Assembly (NCBI RefSeq): GCF_964355755.1
Contig: NC_092674.1
Coordinates: forward strand, 3,162,001 to 3,226,000
Length of the DNA stretch: 64,000 nt
Origin: Antedon mediterranea
Taxonomy: Eukaryota; Animalia; Echinodermata
Reading direction: 5' to 3'
Of this stretch, positions 1 to 12,400 are shown piece after piece. The notes beneath the pieces were generated by a model. The model did no database searches. It had not been told where the DNA came from and was given only the letters and a program-made list of their open reading frames with translations. A program made the translations under genes and the position numbers. Positions within the stretch are counted from its first letter, which is position 1. Each line of letters begins with the position of its first letter.

Positions 1-213
1 CCTGATACTAGGCATATATTTTATACAAAAATTGTATAATATAATTAAAATTATATATATTTTGTATAGCCTATTTTGTAAATAACGTATTATATCTTCA
101 TAATTTATCTTTTCTGTGTATTTGATTGGAACTTAAAGAGGGCCCTAAATATCTGGAAGCATTACCCGCTATACATAAAGTTGAAATAAAATAAAATTAG
201 TAAATACAAATAC

Positions 214-3200
214 CTGATAATTTTGACCTCATTGTCTCGAATGGTAAATACCGGATAATTTCCTTTGTAATGGACATCTATTAGGTAAAATAAACAAAAT
301 AATACCGCTTACCGATCATCCACATGAGGGGGTGGTTTAACCGGGTTTCAAGGAGAAGTATGGGCCATTGATAATTGGAGGAGGGTATCACTTACTACAG
401 TTGAGAAAATAAATGATGTCGACTTATACATTTAGCATTTTTATGGAAATAACATAAATATTGAATCTAGTTTGTACTGTTTGTACTATTACATCATACA
501 GTACATACGCTATTTTGTTACCATGTACAATAATATAATGATAATAGATAATTGTGTATTTACGTTTATCAATAAATTCCTGTTTCACTAACACTTCTGA
601 TAGGATTCGGTAAGCATCCGGGTTAGATTTACGGATTATTTCAGAGACATGAAACCCATCGACGTAACAACCAAGACCGCCCTCTCCCGTGTGCTCCATC
701 AGGTGAAACGTCAGATATCTGAAAAAGCAAGCTTAATTGAGTCTGTAAGGTTTGTGGCATTACTGGAGGAAGTTTTGTAGGCTTACATAGACAATTATTT
801 TGTGCTAAGTTAGTGGAGTGGAGTGGTTAACATGCTTGCCTTCCAATCCCAAGGTCTAGGGTTCAATCCTGACCTAGTGCCAGGGTTGTAACTCATGACT
901 CTTTCAACTCCACTCTCTAAACCTCAAATGATACTTAGTGTAAAGTATGCCAATTCTAAAATAGTTTATCCATCCTGTAATTCAAACTCGCTGTTGAATG
1001 TGCATACAATTTAAAAAAAAATAAAAATTTGAATCGCCATCTAAAACCACATTAAATTATATTGTTATAAAACACAGAAAGTAAACCTGGGAGAGACTTA
1101 TCGGGATAATCTTCTAGTAAACATGTAAAACATACCCCAGTGGTTCGACTGAGTAGGCGCTATCTGTGTGGAAGCCAAGGGAATGGTTCGTGTACGCTAT
1201 ATCATCATACATTTTCTCCTTCGATGATATAACAATGTTATCCCTGCCATGTTCACATTCACGCAGAAAACAAATTCTTTCCGATAAAGCCTATACCATA
1301 AGAGAAGCAGAATTAAATATCTATAAAGCTCTGTCTAAACCATCAAACTAGTGTTCTGTGCCCAAATATGGTAGTGCTATGCTTAAATATGGTAGTGATA
1401 TGACAAAATCATGTCCATATATGGGCACATCACATTTTGTTGTCACAGAAAGTTTGATAGTGTAGACAGAGCTTTATAATATTAATGTTTAAAGGGGCGG
1501 ATCCAGGAAAGTGGTAACATAGTCTGTGTCAAATGTAATTCATAAATTCATTATAACTGCCAAAAGAGGGGATTAAGCGTGTGGACCAAGGGCTGCCTCT
1601 GCATTGTGATCATTATGTACTTACAAGAAAATCTTCTTTTGTTAGAGGCACATTGTCAATAAATGCAATACCATATGTATAAAGATTTCTGAGACATTTA
1701 GCCAATCCCTCAGTTTCGTTCATATATTCTTGAAAGGAGACATCGGCTATTTCTGATGTTAGTTTTTCGGCATTCCATAGTCTTCTGTTTGGGTATCGAA
1801 TTGGTCTGTTATCTAATAAGCTGAGTAAATAGTCTAAAGTGTACACACTGCTGTGGCCATCATTCCCTAACAAAACAAGAAATAACCTTTTAAATAGTAA
1901 CAATTTTGTATTTGTGCTGTGGTGTACATAATAACAATGGTATGGTATGTCCAACAAAATATATATATGATTCATTAGACCATTATATCATTGCATTTAT
2001 TTTGGATGCATTATGCCTTTGTTGTAAAGTACAGTGAAACCCTATTAGGGGTTTTTTTAATTTTTATTTCTTTATTCTGATATAAAATCAATATGATAAA
2101 AACACAAAAAAAGTACCGAGATGGCAAACTTATTTCCATTGTGGTCCTAAACAAATATAACAGAATAAACAAGGAAACCACAATTACTTAAACATAATAC
2201 ACAAACATATAGCAAATTAAATTTCTCTTAATCTAAGAATTTCACAAAAATAACCTTTTGATCTCTGTTTAAATTATTGTAATGAAGAGGAGCTTTGAAC
2301 AAAATAGGGGAGTGAATCTAGTTACACATCCTTATGACCCAAAAAAAGGGTCCCTTGTTAAAACATGATATGCTCCAAGATCATTTCACAGAAAAGTGGT
2401 TCCTTCTTAGGTGTCCTCTGAATAAGAGTTGCAAAGGAGCGATTTTCTACTGTACTGGAAAGAAAGATCTAGTTAAAGTAACTTAAAGCAGAATTTTGAA
2501 ATAAGGGGAGTCATGGTGTAGTGGCAGGGTCTAAAAGTTGTAAATTCAAGGGTTGTCTGTAATGTTTGGTGAGTGGGTGTGGTAGGTTTGGCGTGTGTGT
2601 GGTAGTTTGGTGTGTTTGGTTGCGAGAACTGCACGGTAAGCATACTTACAATCTACATGCACGCTATTCCCTTTCTTCTCCAGCTTAGCTATTGTTGGTT
2701 TCGTTTCTATTTTAGACGGATCATAGAGATTCTGGTAGCGGGTTTCACTGAAGCACTCCTGGCATCTATACAAAAGGGAAAGTAAGTAAGATTAGTGTAC
2801 AATTGTTAAAAAATTTTTGCAATTTTTATACTCTCTTTTTTTTATTGATCAATCAATTTTAACTTACTTAAGCACATACTAAATATTAAAAAGCTACGTC
2901 ACTATAACACGGTGGAAGAAATAATTATATAATTAACTAACAAGTAGTGTCAGTACTACATACGGTTGGGGTGTTTCATACAAAACTTGAGGCCTAGTAT
3001 TTTAGTTATGCACTTGTCAATTGTATGACCCACTATACGACCCCCGGGAGAGGTGCGTCATTTGTCCGATGTGCGTCATACCTTTGAATACCATGACGCA
3101 CCGGTGCGTACAAAATGTGACTTACCTTTAGGTGACCATGACGCACCCATTTTGACGCACTGTGACCATGTTGTTTATGATATGGTGGGTGGTAAAGTGA

Positions 3201-4271
3201 CGGTCATTGACACACCTTGTTCATTGATGTGACGTACCATCTAGGTTTTTTGACGTACCCCTGCGTCAGTAATTATTTGTAAATGACGCACCTCTCCCGG
3301 GGGTCGTATAGTGGGTCATACAATTGACAAGTGCATTATTACCAGGGGCGGATCCTGGATTTTTCACAAACATATCTGATGATAGGCTGTCAAAAAGTAA
3401 TTGATAAAATGTAAATAATTTCATTTTAGCTGTAGCGGTTTCACTGAAGCACTCCTGGCATCCCCACCCCCGGCTAAACCACTGATCATAGACAATCACC
3501 TTTGTCTAATTGTCAATACAATAGCCTACCAACTTATTATGGGATACCTTTTCAGGGGACATTGCTGCTCGCGAACTAGAAGAACTAATGTTTTAACACT
3601 GCGGCCAAACACTATATTGAGGAGAACTCCTATTTAGGAACACATTGTTGGGACCCGTTGCTGGATTCACACCTAAAACTTGGTTTCCACTAGGACGCAA
3701 GCACAACAAAAGTAATTTGACCATCACAAACGATGGATTATTAGCTTGTGATAGGTCAATTTGCAAAATGTGTTGTTCTTATACGTGTACACGCATGTGT
3801 TCTAGTGTGAACAAAGCAACCAAAACAATTAACGCGCGAACAATTAATCTACAAAAAAAAGAAATGTCATTTATGATATATATATATAAATATATAACTG
3901 TTGCTCAATGATTGATAAATGATAAATTCAAAATTGATAAACCTGCAATGGTCTCTTAGCCACATTCCACTGACGTTCTTCTCAGAGATTCCATTTTCAT
4001 TAATTACTATATGATCTGACGTTGTCGTGACCACTACATCATCCTGACGTTCCTTCTTCAGATCATGTTTAGAAAACTTTCCGCTACTGCTGCTAGTGCT
4101 AAGCAGACGAAGTCCGAGGAGCGAGCCACTGCCGGTATTGCCATCGTCGGGGGGTAGGTTAGCCAGACACCTAGCGGCACACAGATTTTTACTTACAGGT
4201 GTTGTACGCAGGAAGTGTCTAACTTGACTATACCGAAGCGAATATTTGAAACAAATATTAAACAATTTCAT
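214..4271 (-). CDS. TMLHE: Trimethyllysine dioxygenase, mitochondrial (TMLHE-like; BBOX1/TMLHE family), 5' six exons; gene continues beyond window start
   Basis: Exons 4271-3943, 2765-2650, 1866-1625, 1290-1136, 718-564, 277-214 with GT-AG borders and matching phases. Translation: Arg/Ser-rich presequence, WLRDHCRCQEC...WNDGHSSVY, AYTNHSLGFHTDSAY (HxD Fe ligand), EHTGEGG..VDGF, HYKGNYPVFTIRDNEVKIIR. Presequence and motifs fit TMLHE better than cytosolic BBOX1. Confidence 0.88.
811..872 (+). repeat. Degenerate tRNA-derived (SINE-head-like) sequence in TMLHE intron
   Basis: A-box-like TGGAGTGG, anticodon-arm-like CTTGCCTTCCAATCCCAAG, B-box-like GGTTCAATCC; stems do not pair properly. Confidence 0.45.
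1327..1473. mobile_element. Abundant ~130-165 bp MITE family, PIF/Harbinger (Tourist)-like; representative copy
   Basis: TIR AGCTCTGTCTACACTATCAAACT flanked by TAA/TTA; variable number of internal 21-bp ATATCACTACCATATTTAAGC units. Other full or partial copies near 13319, 13696, 19129, 22468, 23443, 27618, 30328, 30936, 32820, 36585, 39566, 61278, 62378. Confidence 0.85.
3009..3335. mobile_element. MITE with ~54-bp perfect TIRs and TTA target-site duplication (PIF/Harbinger-like)
   Basis: TGCACTTGTCAATTGTATGACCCACTATACGACCCCCGGGAGAGGTGCGTCATTT and its exact reverse complement; TTA at 3006-3008 and 3336-3338. Confidence 0.88.
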
Positions 4272-4490
4272 TTTTTAAAACGTTTGGCAGTTCGTAGGAG
4301 AGATGTAGGTACTTCAGCTTTGATTTACAGTGTGACCGATTGCAGTTATTACACACCATGATATCTCTCGAACTACTGAACTGTGAGATTTAGAAGCACT
4401 GAAGTATGAAACTACGGTGAACCATAGGTGAGGCGCCTGCGATGTACACCTTGTGTGTTTGAACAAACTCTCACGACGACGGCCGGGAAG

Positions 4491-5391
4491 CGATTTTTTT
4501 TTTCGTACATAAGTTGGGGACCCCTCATGAAAATGTCACAAAATAAACATGAATAATTCATCAGTTCAATTTGTTATTCCGTGTGCACCCAAGCGTATAG
4601 CAACAAGAAGTGATTACACGCACAACTGCAATACGATTCTTTCTACAGTAGGCCTAGGATTCAAGGTCAATTCACGTGATTGCCTTCGCGCTTCACACAC
4701 ACACCACTATGCAAAATGTGTCGAGGCTAATCGACAGCTAGGCAAGATATTACACTAAGTAGTAATTGGACATAGCCCAAAGAAAGCTTAGACCCACAAG
4801 AATAAAAAATGTGTATAATTTGTGTACTGTAATTTGTTAATTCTGCTATTTTATTATCAAACAATATGCATGTTCTCAAAGGAACTTTAAAAATGCGCGT
4901 ATATGAACACATGAGATGGGAAGATTAGACCCATGAGAATAAAAAATGTATTTTTGTGTAATGTTTTTTGTTTAATTTTGCTGACTTCTTACTCGGACTG
5001 TGTCATACCTAACATACACACGTCACACACACCCACACAGCTACTACTAGAATAGACATGGGTTTAGAGACTAATAATTAGGCCTAATAGTATTAATATA
5101 AATTATAATTTTAACACGTATTTCTTTAGTAATAAATTATATTAAAACCCCATAAACTAAAGGCTGATTATTTCGACAATCCACACAAAACGCTGCTATT
5201 CTTTTATGAAATCCCACGCGGCAACCACAGCGGAGATTAGGCCTAGAATCGTACCGCACTTGTGTAATCACTTCTTGTTGCTATACGCTTGGGTGCACAC
5301 GGAACAAGAAAATTTAACTGATGAATTATTCATGTTTATTTTGTGACGTTTCATGAGGGGGTCCCCAACTTATGTACGAAAACAAAAATCG
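4491..5391. mobile_element. Non-autonomous long-TIR element (Mutator-like) in TMLHE/nitrobindin intergenic region
   Basis: ~130-bp imperfect TIRs (4491-4619 vs 5262-5391); flanks GCCGGGAAG / CCGGGGAAG resemble a decayed 9-bp TSD. Confidence 0.75.
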
Positions 5392-5994
5392 CCGGGGAAG
5401 AGGCATCGCGGGCATGATTATATAAAGTTAAACAAGGCATAGAGATATTAATATATTAATATAATGAAATATCTCAATGATCTCAAGCTTTAGCAATTTT
5501 GTCAAAGGATAACATCAGCAATAATTCTTTTTTCTTTGTCAGAACTAGAGCTAAAGCCTTTTATTATTACCTTTTTTATCTGTTATATAAATGATTAATT
5601 AAATACTGATAATATAAAATACGCGGCGTATAATAATAAAATAAGTTTTATAATGATTTAGGCCTAATATATCCCCCGTATATCTTCTTTTGAGGGTAGT
5701 ACAATAGAGTCGCTTATTATATACAGTGTCAAATGAATATTTCCGAGTTTGGCAATACAAACAAAATATTCGTATAGGCATATACATCATATCAAAATGG
5801 TACGGTAGAGTAATCAACGTAGTAGTAGATGTACAGTAGGCGTATCTTGAGTTTCACTCGGCCGTTTGTTGTCAGAGAGACCTAAACTAAATCTGCAGAG
5901 TTCACGTCGCTTGTATCTTTAAAATCTATAATATTCTTACTTTAAGAACTGGAAATACCCCAATTGTTATGAAATACCCAATTGGTATGTATAT

Positions 5995-6124
5995 ACTGTG
6001 CTCAAGTGGACCCAATTTGGGCCAGTGGAGCACATGTGTATAGAACATACATAAATATAAAAATGTAGTGACTTTTTTCTTTTTTATATCACTGCGTGCC
6101 AAATTGGGTCCACTTGAGCACAGT
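5995..6124. mobile_element. Short MITE with 26-bp perfect TIR
   Basis: ACTGTGCTCAAGTGGACCCAATTTGG ... CCAAATTGGGTCCACTTGAGCACAGT. Confidence 0.7.
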
Positions 6125-6461
6125 TTAATTAACATACGAAAATATATTAAAATTCAGTAACTTATTTCTATTTTATATCACTGTGCTCCCCTAGTGCTAA
6201 CGTAGTACCGTACAATTTCTATTTCTGAAGTTAATAAAGGCATAAATGGCGCTCCGTAGAGACTAGAGAATGATCGATGATTTCGTCACAGTGTACACAC
6301 AAAGAGATAGACTACACTATCATATCTTTGGTACACATATACCACCTCGTGCATGTTTCATGTAGGATAGTAGAGTAGGCCTACTAGGCTATATCAACTG
6401 TTAATTGAATAGCCCGCGCTAAAGAAATCTAGGCCCTAAGCTGTTTTTTTGTTAACTAAAC

Positions 6462-9400
6462 ATGTCGACTTCTTCTAGGTATATTATATTGCATGTTGTT
6501 GGTAACCAACCCATTTATTACAATTGCTAAAATAGGCTAGGCTCTTTTTTAGCCTACCTAAGAAAGGCAGGTAAAGACGGTCTGAGAGAGGCGTGCCAGA
6601 GAGAGCTACCTACTACTACTAGAGGCCTAGCTACTACCTACTCCTAGGCCTAACTTAGGATGCTGTGTACATTGTGTCAGCTGAATGAACGCAATTGATT
6701 GGTCAATTGAAAATCGCTCACTCATAATAATTGATAATATGGCATGCATGCACATTTTTATTATTATTAATAATATATTAACTCGACAAACAAAGTTTAA
6801 CTAACATCAATTTTTTTCGACTGGTTGGTTGGCTTTTAGTGGGTGTGGTACTGTCTATACCCATCATTGTCTTCACCCACCATTGCCTAAAAGGCCTTAT
6901 TTGCTTTATAGGTCTACCAGTAACAGCTGATAATAAGGTGTGGGGAAATTACGAATACAGTTCACTCCGGCCGCGCTTAATTAATAATAAATCCGGCCGC
7001 GCTTCAATCCGGCCGCGATTCATTCCGGCCGCAGCTATGGAGCGCCCAATGAGACACGTTTTTTGTAGAGAATCAAAATAAAAATTAATTAGACGGATAT
7101 TTTATTATTTGAAATAAATTTATTAATATTTTACATATTGTTATTATTAACTACAATTAGTAAGTATGGGTACTGGCAAGATAAAGTTAAGGTTTTTAAC
7201 TAATTTTTAATGTTAATGTAAAGCTATAAAATGTACATAGAAAGAAATTAAATGTTGTTATTCAAGCATTAATTAGACGGGCATTTGATTATTTGAAAGG
7301 AAAAAGTTAAGTTAGGTTTAATTTGTAAGAAAAAGCATATCCAACTTCTTTGAATGTTAATGAAAAAAGTAAAATTGTTGCTAATAAATATTCAACTAGT
7401 TTCATTTAAATTCTTTTTTCTTTTAATTCTTTTGGTCACCAAGAATTTGTTATAACACTGAACAGTATAGAAAACGTAGATATGGGCGCGGCGCTCCATA
7501 CTAACGGCCCCTTTGCACAGGAAGTCGAATTGAATAGCGGCCGAGTGCATAACATCGCGCTAAACTGATACAGCGGAGTGATCGGCTTCCGAAATTACCC
7601 CTGCATTGTTGTTGGGTGGGGTAGGATATCTCTTGACGTGCGCACTGACTGCCAGCAGTCGGTCGTATCAGCTACTGGTGGTTATAAAGTTATTCATGGA
7701 ATAAATCACAAATAAATGCATAAATTTACCCTTACTTACCAATATTTATTCCTTTCTTTTTTTGCTGACATGGCTAAAAAATAAAGTTTGTTTGTTCATT
7801 GTTTAATATGGTAATTTCTCCCAAATCAAATTTTCATCCATTACAAAAGAATTATATTATTATTAATTTTTAGTAGTAGTGTACCCATCCATGATGCAGT
7901 AAAATGTATTGAATGGTTGCTTGGGCATTGGAAGTCAGAGACCAGCAAAGGTCAATTCCCTACCATTGAAACGTTCACATACCAAGAAGAAGCCGTGTTC
8001 AGTCATGTCGGCCAACCAATGTTGAATTTTAGGTACAGTTGATTAATATATATTCAATTTTATTTTCAGATACATCATTGTGTAATAACATGACAGTTTT
8101 TAAAAAAGTAGAATACACTTAATGCTGGAGTAACTTAATTAAGCCCAGAAGGCTTTACGGGTAGTTCAACCAGAAAAAATTATTTAAAAAAAAGTATATA
8201 TAATACATTTTTCAAAAGTCAATAAATAAAAAAATTAAAATATATGATGTGAAAATGTGTATACCCGTACCTAAAAGTGAAACTACTAGTTTTTATGAAA
8301 AGAAATATTATGAAATTAACTAAACTAAACAGAAAAAAAAGTTTTCAAATAACGTAATAAATGGTTATATTCAACTAAAAATCCATTGACAGCCAATTTG
8401 ACCATTTAAATTGACAGTCTTTTCAGGTAAATTAATTTTGTTGGAATCCAATTTTTGGTCAAAGTGGATAACTATTATGTTACATTAAAATGGCATATTT
8501 AAACAAAAATATTTTTCAGGGGGACAACATCTTTAAATCAACCAAACTGTGTTTTTTTTCTGTTTTTAGTTTCAATGCCACCCATCCAGAGACTAGTAAA
8601 CCATTACACCGAGAAACTGGGTTTTTACGAATCAATCCTGGTACAAATCAAGCTGCTTATCTTGCTGCTCAAAACTTTGGTAAAAATTGTAGGAATTATT
8701 TGTTTTTACTCGGGGTACCCGAGTCTAGGACTTACTCATTTTCTCCTCCACCATCTGGACACTATTGAGTAAAAAGTGCAATTTTTAAAGTACTACTCCT
8801 CCATTATTAGTTGTAGTATTGAGCTGGGATTTGGCATGAATATACTACAGGGACATGTCCTCAAAGCTATAGAGCCGGATTTTTAATTTTTTGTTAATTA
8901 ATTTGTTTAATTAAGAAGCCACAATGTGTGACACACACCACAGCGTTATGTAGTTATATGGTTATATGCGGCTTCTTGGCGTAGTGGTTATCACGTTTGC
9001 TTAACACGCAGAAGGTACCTGGTTCGAGCCCGGACGAAACCTTTTTTTTTTAAACTTTATGGTGAAAAGTACTGTATACGCAATATGATAATTATACACA
9101 GTATATCTTATTTTTATTATTTTTTTAAATACTTATTTTGTGTAATCGGTAATTATCACTTTTACACATGTTTATTTTTTAATTCTTTGTGCTTATTACC
9201 ATATTTATTTGTAATTTAAATGGATTAAAAAACTTTCTGTAACCCACATTTTTAGTGTAAGTGGGTTTCGTAGTGTAGTGATTGTCAAGTCTGCTTAACA
9301 CGCAGAAGGTCCCGGTTAGAGCCCTGGCGAAACCTATTTTTCTTTAACTTTAACTGTATACGTCTGTATACAGCTTCTTTCTCTGTACCCCGAGTATTGC

Positions 9401-12400
9401 ACATTCGTGCTTTTTTACTCGGGGTACCCGAGTCTAGGACTTACTCATTTTCTCCTCGTCCTCCATCTGGACACTATTGAGTAAAAAGTGCGATTTTCAA
9501 AGTACTACTCCTCCCTTATTCGTTGTAGTATTGAGCTGGGATTTCGCATGAATATACTAAAGGCACATGTCCTCAAAGCTATAGAGCCGGATTTTTCATT
9601 TTCAAACCAGATGCAGCCATAAGACGTCTCGAAGATGGTACCATATAGCCGTATTTGGTAGGTTATTGATGTGTATGTGACGTCACATCCCGTCTTATGA
9701 CGTCATTGCAGCTTCATTTGCTGTACACCGAGTATCGCACATTCGTGCTTATTTGTTAATAATTAATTTGTTTAATTAAGAAGCCACAATGTGTGAGACA
9801 CACCAAAGCGTTAGGTAGTTATATGCGGCTTCTCTTGGCGTAGTGGTTATCACGTTTGATTAACACGCAGAAGGTACCTGGTTCGAGCCCGGGCACAACT
9901 TTTTTTTTTAAACTTTATGGTGAAAAGTACTGTATACGCAATATGATATAGGCCTACAGTATATCTTATTTTTATTATTTTTTAAAATATTTATTTTGTG
10001 TAATCGGTAATTATCACTTTTACACATGTTTATCTTGCTTTGTGCTTATTACCATAATGATTTATTTGTAATTTAAATGGATTAAAAAACTTTGTGTAAC
10101 CCACATTTTTGGTGTAAGAGGTTTCGTATTGTAGTGGTTATCAAGTCTGCTTAACACGCAGAAGGTCCCCGGTTCGAGCCCTTGCGAGACCATTTTGCTT
10201 AAACTTTATGGTGAAATATACTGTATACGATGATATAGAGTATATATATCTCGTTTTATTACTCGGGGTACATGAGTCTAGGACTCTCTAATCTTTTCCT
10301 CTTCTTCTTCCATCTGGACATGACACACTATTGAGCGAAAAGTGCGATTTATAAAGTACTACTCCTCCCTTATTCGTGGTAGTATTGAGCTCAGATTTAG
10401 CATGAATATACTACAGGGACATGTCCTCAAAGCTATAGAGCCGGATTTTTTATTTCAAACCGGATGCAGCCATATCACGTCTCGAAGATGGTACCGTATA
10501 GCCGTATTTGGTAGCGCGGTTATTGATTTGTATGTGACGTTACATCCGGTCTTATGACGTCATTACAGCTACTTTCGCTGTACCCCGAGTATTGCACATT
10601 CGTGCTTGTTATTATTATTAGGGAAAAAATGACCAGAATTGTACTGAGAATTGAAGGTTTTAAATTACATTTTATTTAAATCACTTTAACGGTGGGGTTG
10701 TGGTCAAAATGACCCTGATTGTGAAAGACAACACATTGAACAAGTTTTCCATGTTAGGTCACAAAGTAACGATGCTCTTGTATAGAAAATAGACGTATGT
10801 CCGTATCATGGATTGTGGATAGAGTAAGTGTGACAAGCATTGCCTTATATGGTACTGGCAATTATACCCGCCCCAGGGCGGGTTCAAAATTAGTTTACAG
10901 CCTTCTCAGTACATAACACCCGACGCCAGTATCTGTCTATACTCGCCAACCTCCACCCCTCTTCAATAACACCCCATACTCTTTCTTAAAAACAAATTCT
11001 TCCCAGTGATGGACAAATTCAATTCAACCTAAGCTTCGAATTGAGAGGAGTATGCATAGCTACGATGGGTCTAATAATGGTTAAATGGTACGTTGTAAAT
11101 TGTGTAAATGAATAGGTGTCATATTGGCTGATAATTAAAATATGTAATTTAGATACTGCGGTCCCCCAGCCTTCTTTCTCCTTTCACCACCCCAGCCACC
11201 ATCAACAAACCTTAACTCCTCCCCTGGACAGTTCAAATTTAGTAACTTTTCCTAGTACAATCCAATCATATAGGCTACTTCATTACGCTAGTATTTTCAC
11301 TCCTCCTCCCCCTACTACACTACACCCCAGTACAAATTATCTTATTATCACTCCCAACCCATAAACCCTCAGTGGCAGTTTTCAAATGTAGTTTAAAACA
11401 TTCCAAATACAGTTTCGGTCATGGTGATAGGCCTACATCCCCACCCCAAACTCTCATCTGCTTCCCAGGGATGATTAAATACTTTAACATTTTCCAACCA
11501 CAATTCTGGTGTAAGCAAAATCCCCTGAACCCAAACCCTATCTCCCAACCCCACTCTCCCACAATTGACGTTTTTTTCTTGGAGGATTGGTGATGTAATT
11601 GAACACAGTAACAGTAAACATCATGTGTATGTTCACACAGGTATGGATGTCTGTAATGAGACAATCCAAGAGACCGATACATAGCTGGATATGGTTAAAG
11701 TACTTTGCTAAATGTGTAATTGAATAGGTGTCATATTGGTTAATGAATAAAATATGTATATCTATATCTATATTTCCCCAAACGCCTTGCTGAGGATAAT
11801 TCAAATACTGTAAAACTTTTGTAGTATATATTTTACAATTCGATAGCCTACAACCCCGAGCCCTAGCAAAAATGTGACATCACAAACCACCACACCACCC
11901 ACCCCTCCCACTAAAACCCCAGGAGTCGGGGGAATTTTTGTAAATGTAGTTTAAAACCTTCCGGGTACAATTGCCATCATTTTAATACCCCATACGTATG
12001 GTTACGTGCAGAAACAGAAATTTTTATAACGAACAAACATCGAAAGTGGGGGGTTTGACCACATTTTGGTCCCTAACTTGGATCCTAGGTGGCGGATGAT
12101 GTTGAAATATAGCTTAGAACATTCCCGGTACAATTGCGGTCATTTTGATACCCCATATGTAAGATTATGTGCAGTAACAAAATTTTGTATAACGAACAAA
12201 CAAACAAACAGACAGACAAACTCTCTCACTTATAATATAGATTATACATGAAGAAATATTTCTTACAAAAAACGCTGCTTGCTTATTGACTTAAAATACT
12301 TAAATTGTCTGTCAGACAATGGTTTTTGAGTTATAATTAAACGTTTCTTTTCTCTTTTTATACGTGAATACATTTTTTTTTTTACAGAAGTGATAACTTT

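Larger units (their letters stand above)
8706..10610 (-). mobile_element. Tandem array of Helentron/HINE (DINE-1-like) non-autonomous units
   Basis: Three units starting TACTCGGGGTACCCGAGT (hairpin; ~8707, 9416, 10260) and ending GTACCCCGAGTATTGCACATTCGTGCTT(GTT) (~9412, 9750, 10610): subterminal inverted repeat plus terminal palindrome in T-rich sites, no TSD. Confidence 0.65.

Noticed and set aside
313-390. Possible 78-nt in-frame extra TMLHE exon with a GTAAG donor
   Set aside because: Would leave only a 35-nt intron before the exon at 277, and exons 5 and 6 already align continuously to the family
214-4271. Calling the dioxygenase BBOX1
   Set aside because: The CxCxxC motif is BBOX-like, but the N-terminal presequence and the HTGEGG/EP.G/KQEFI motifs fit TMLHE better; a phylogeny would settle it
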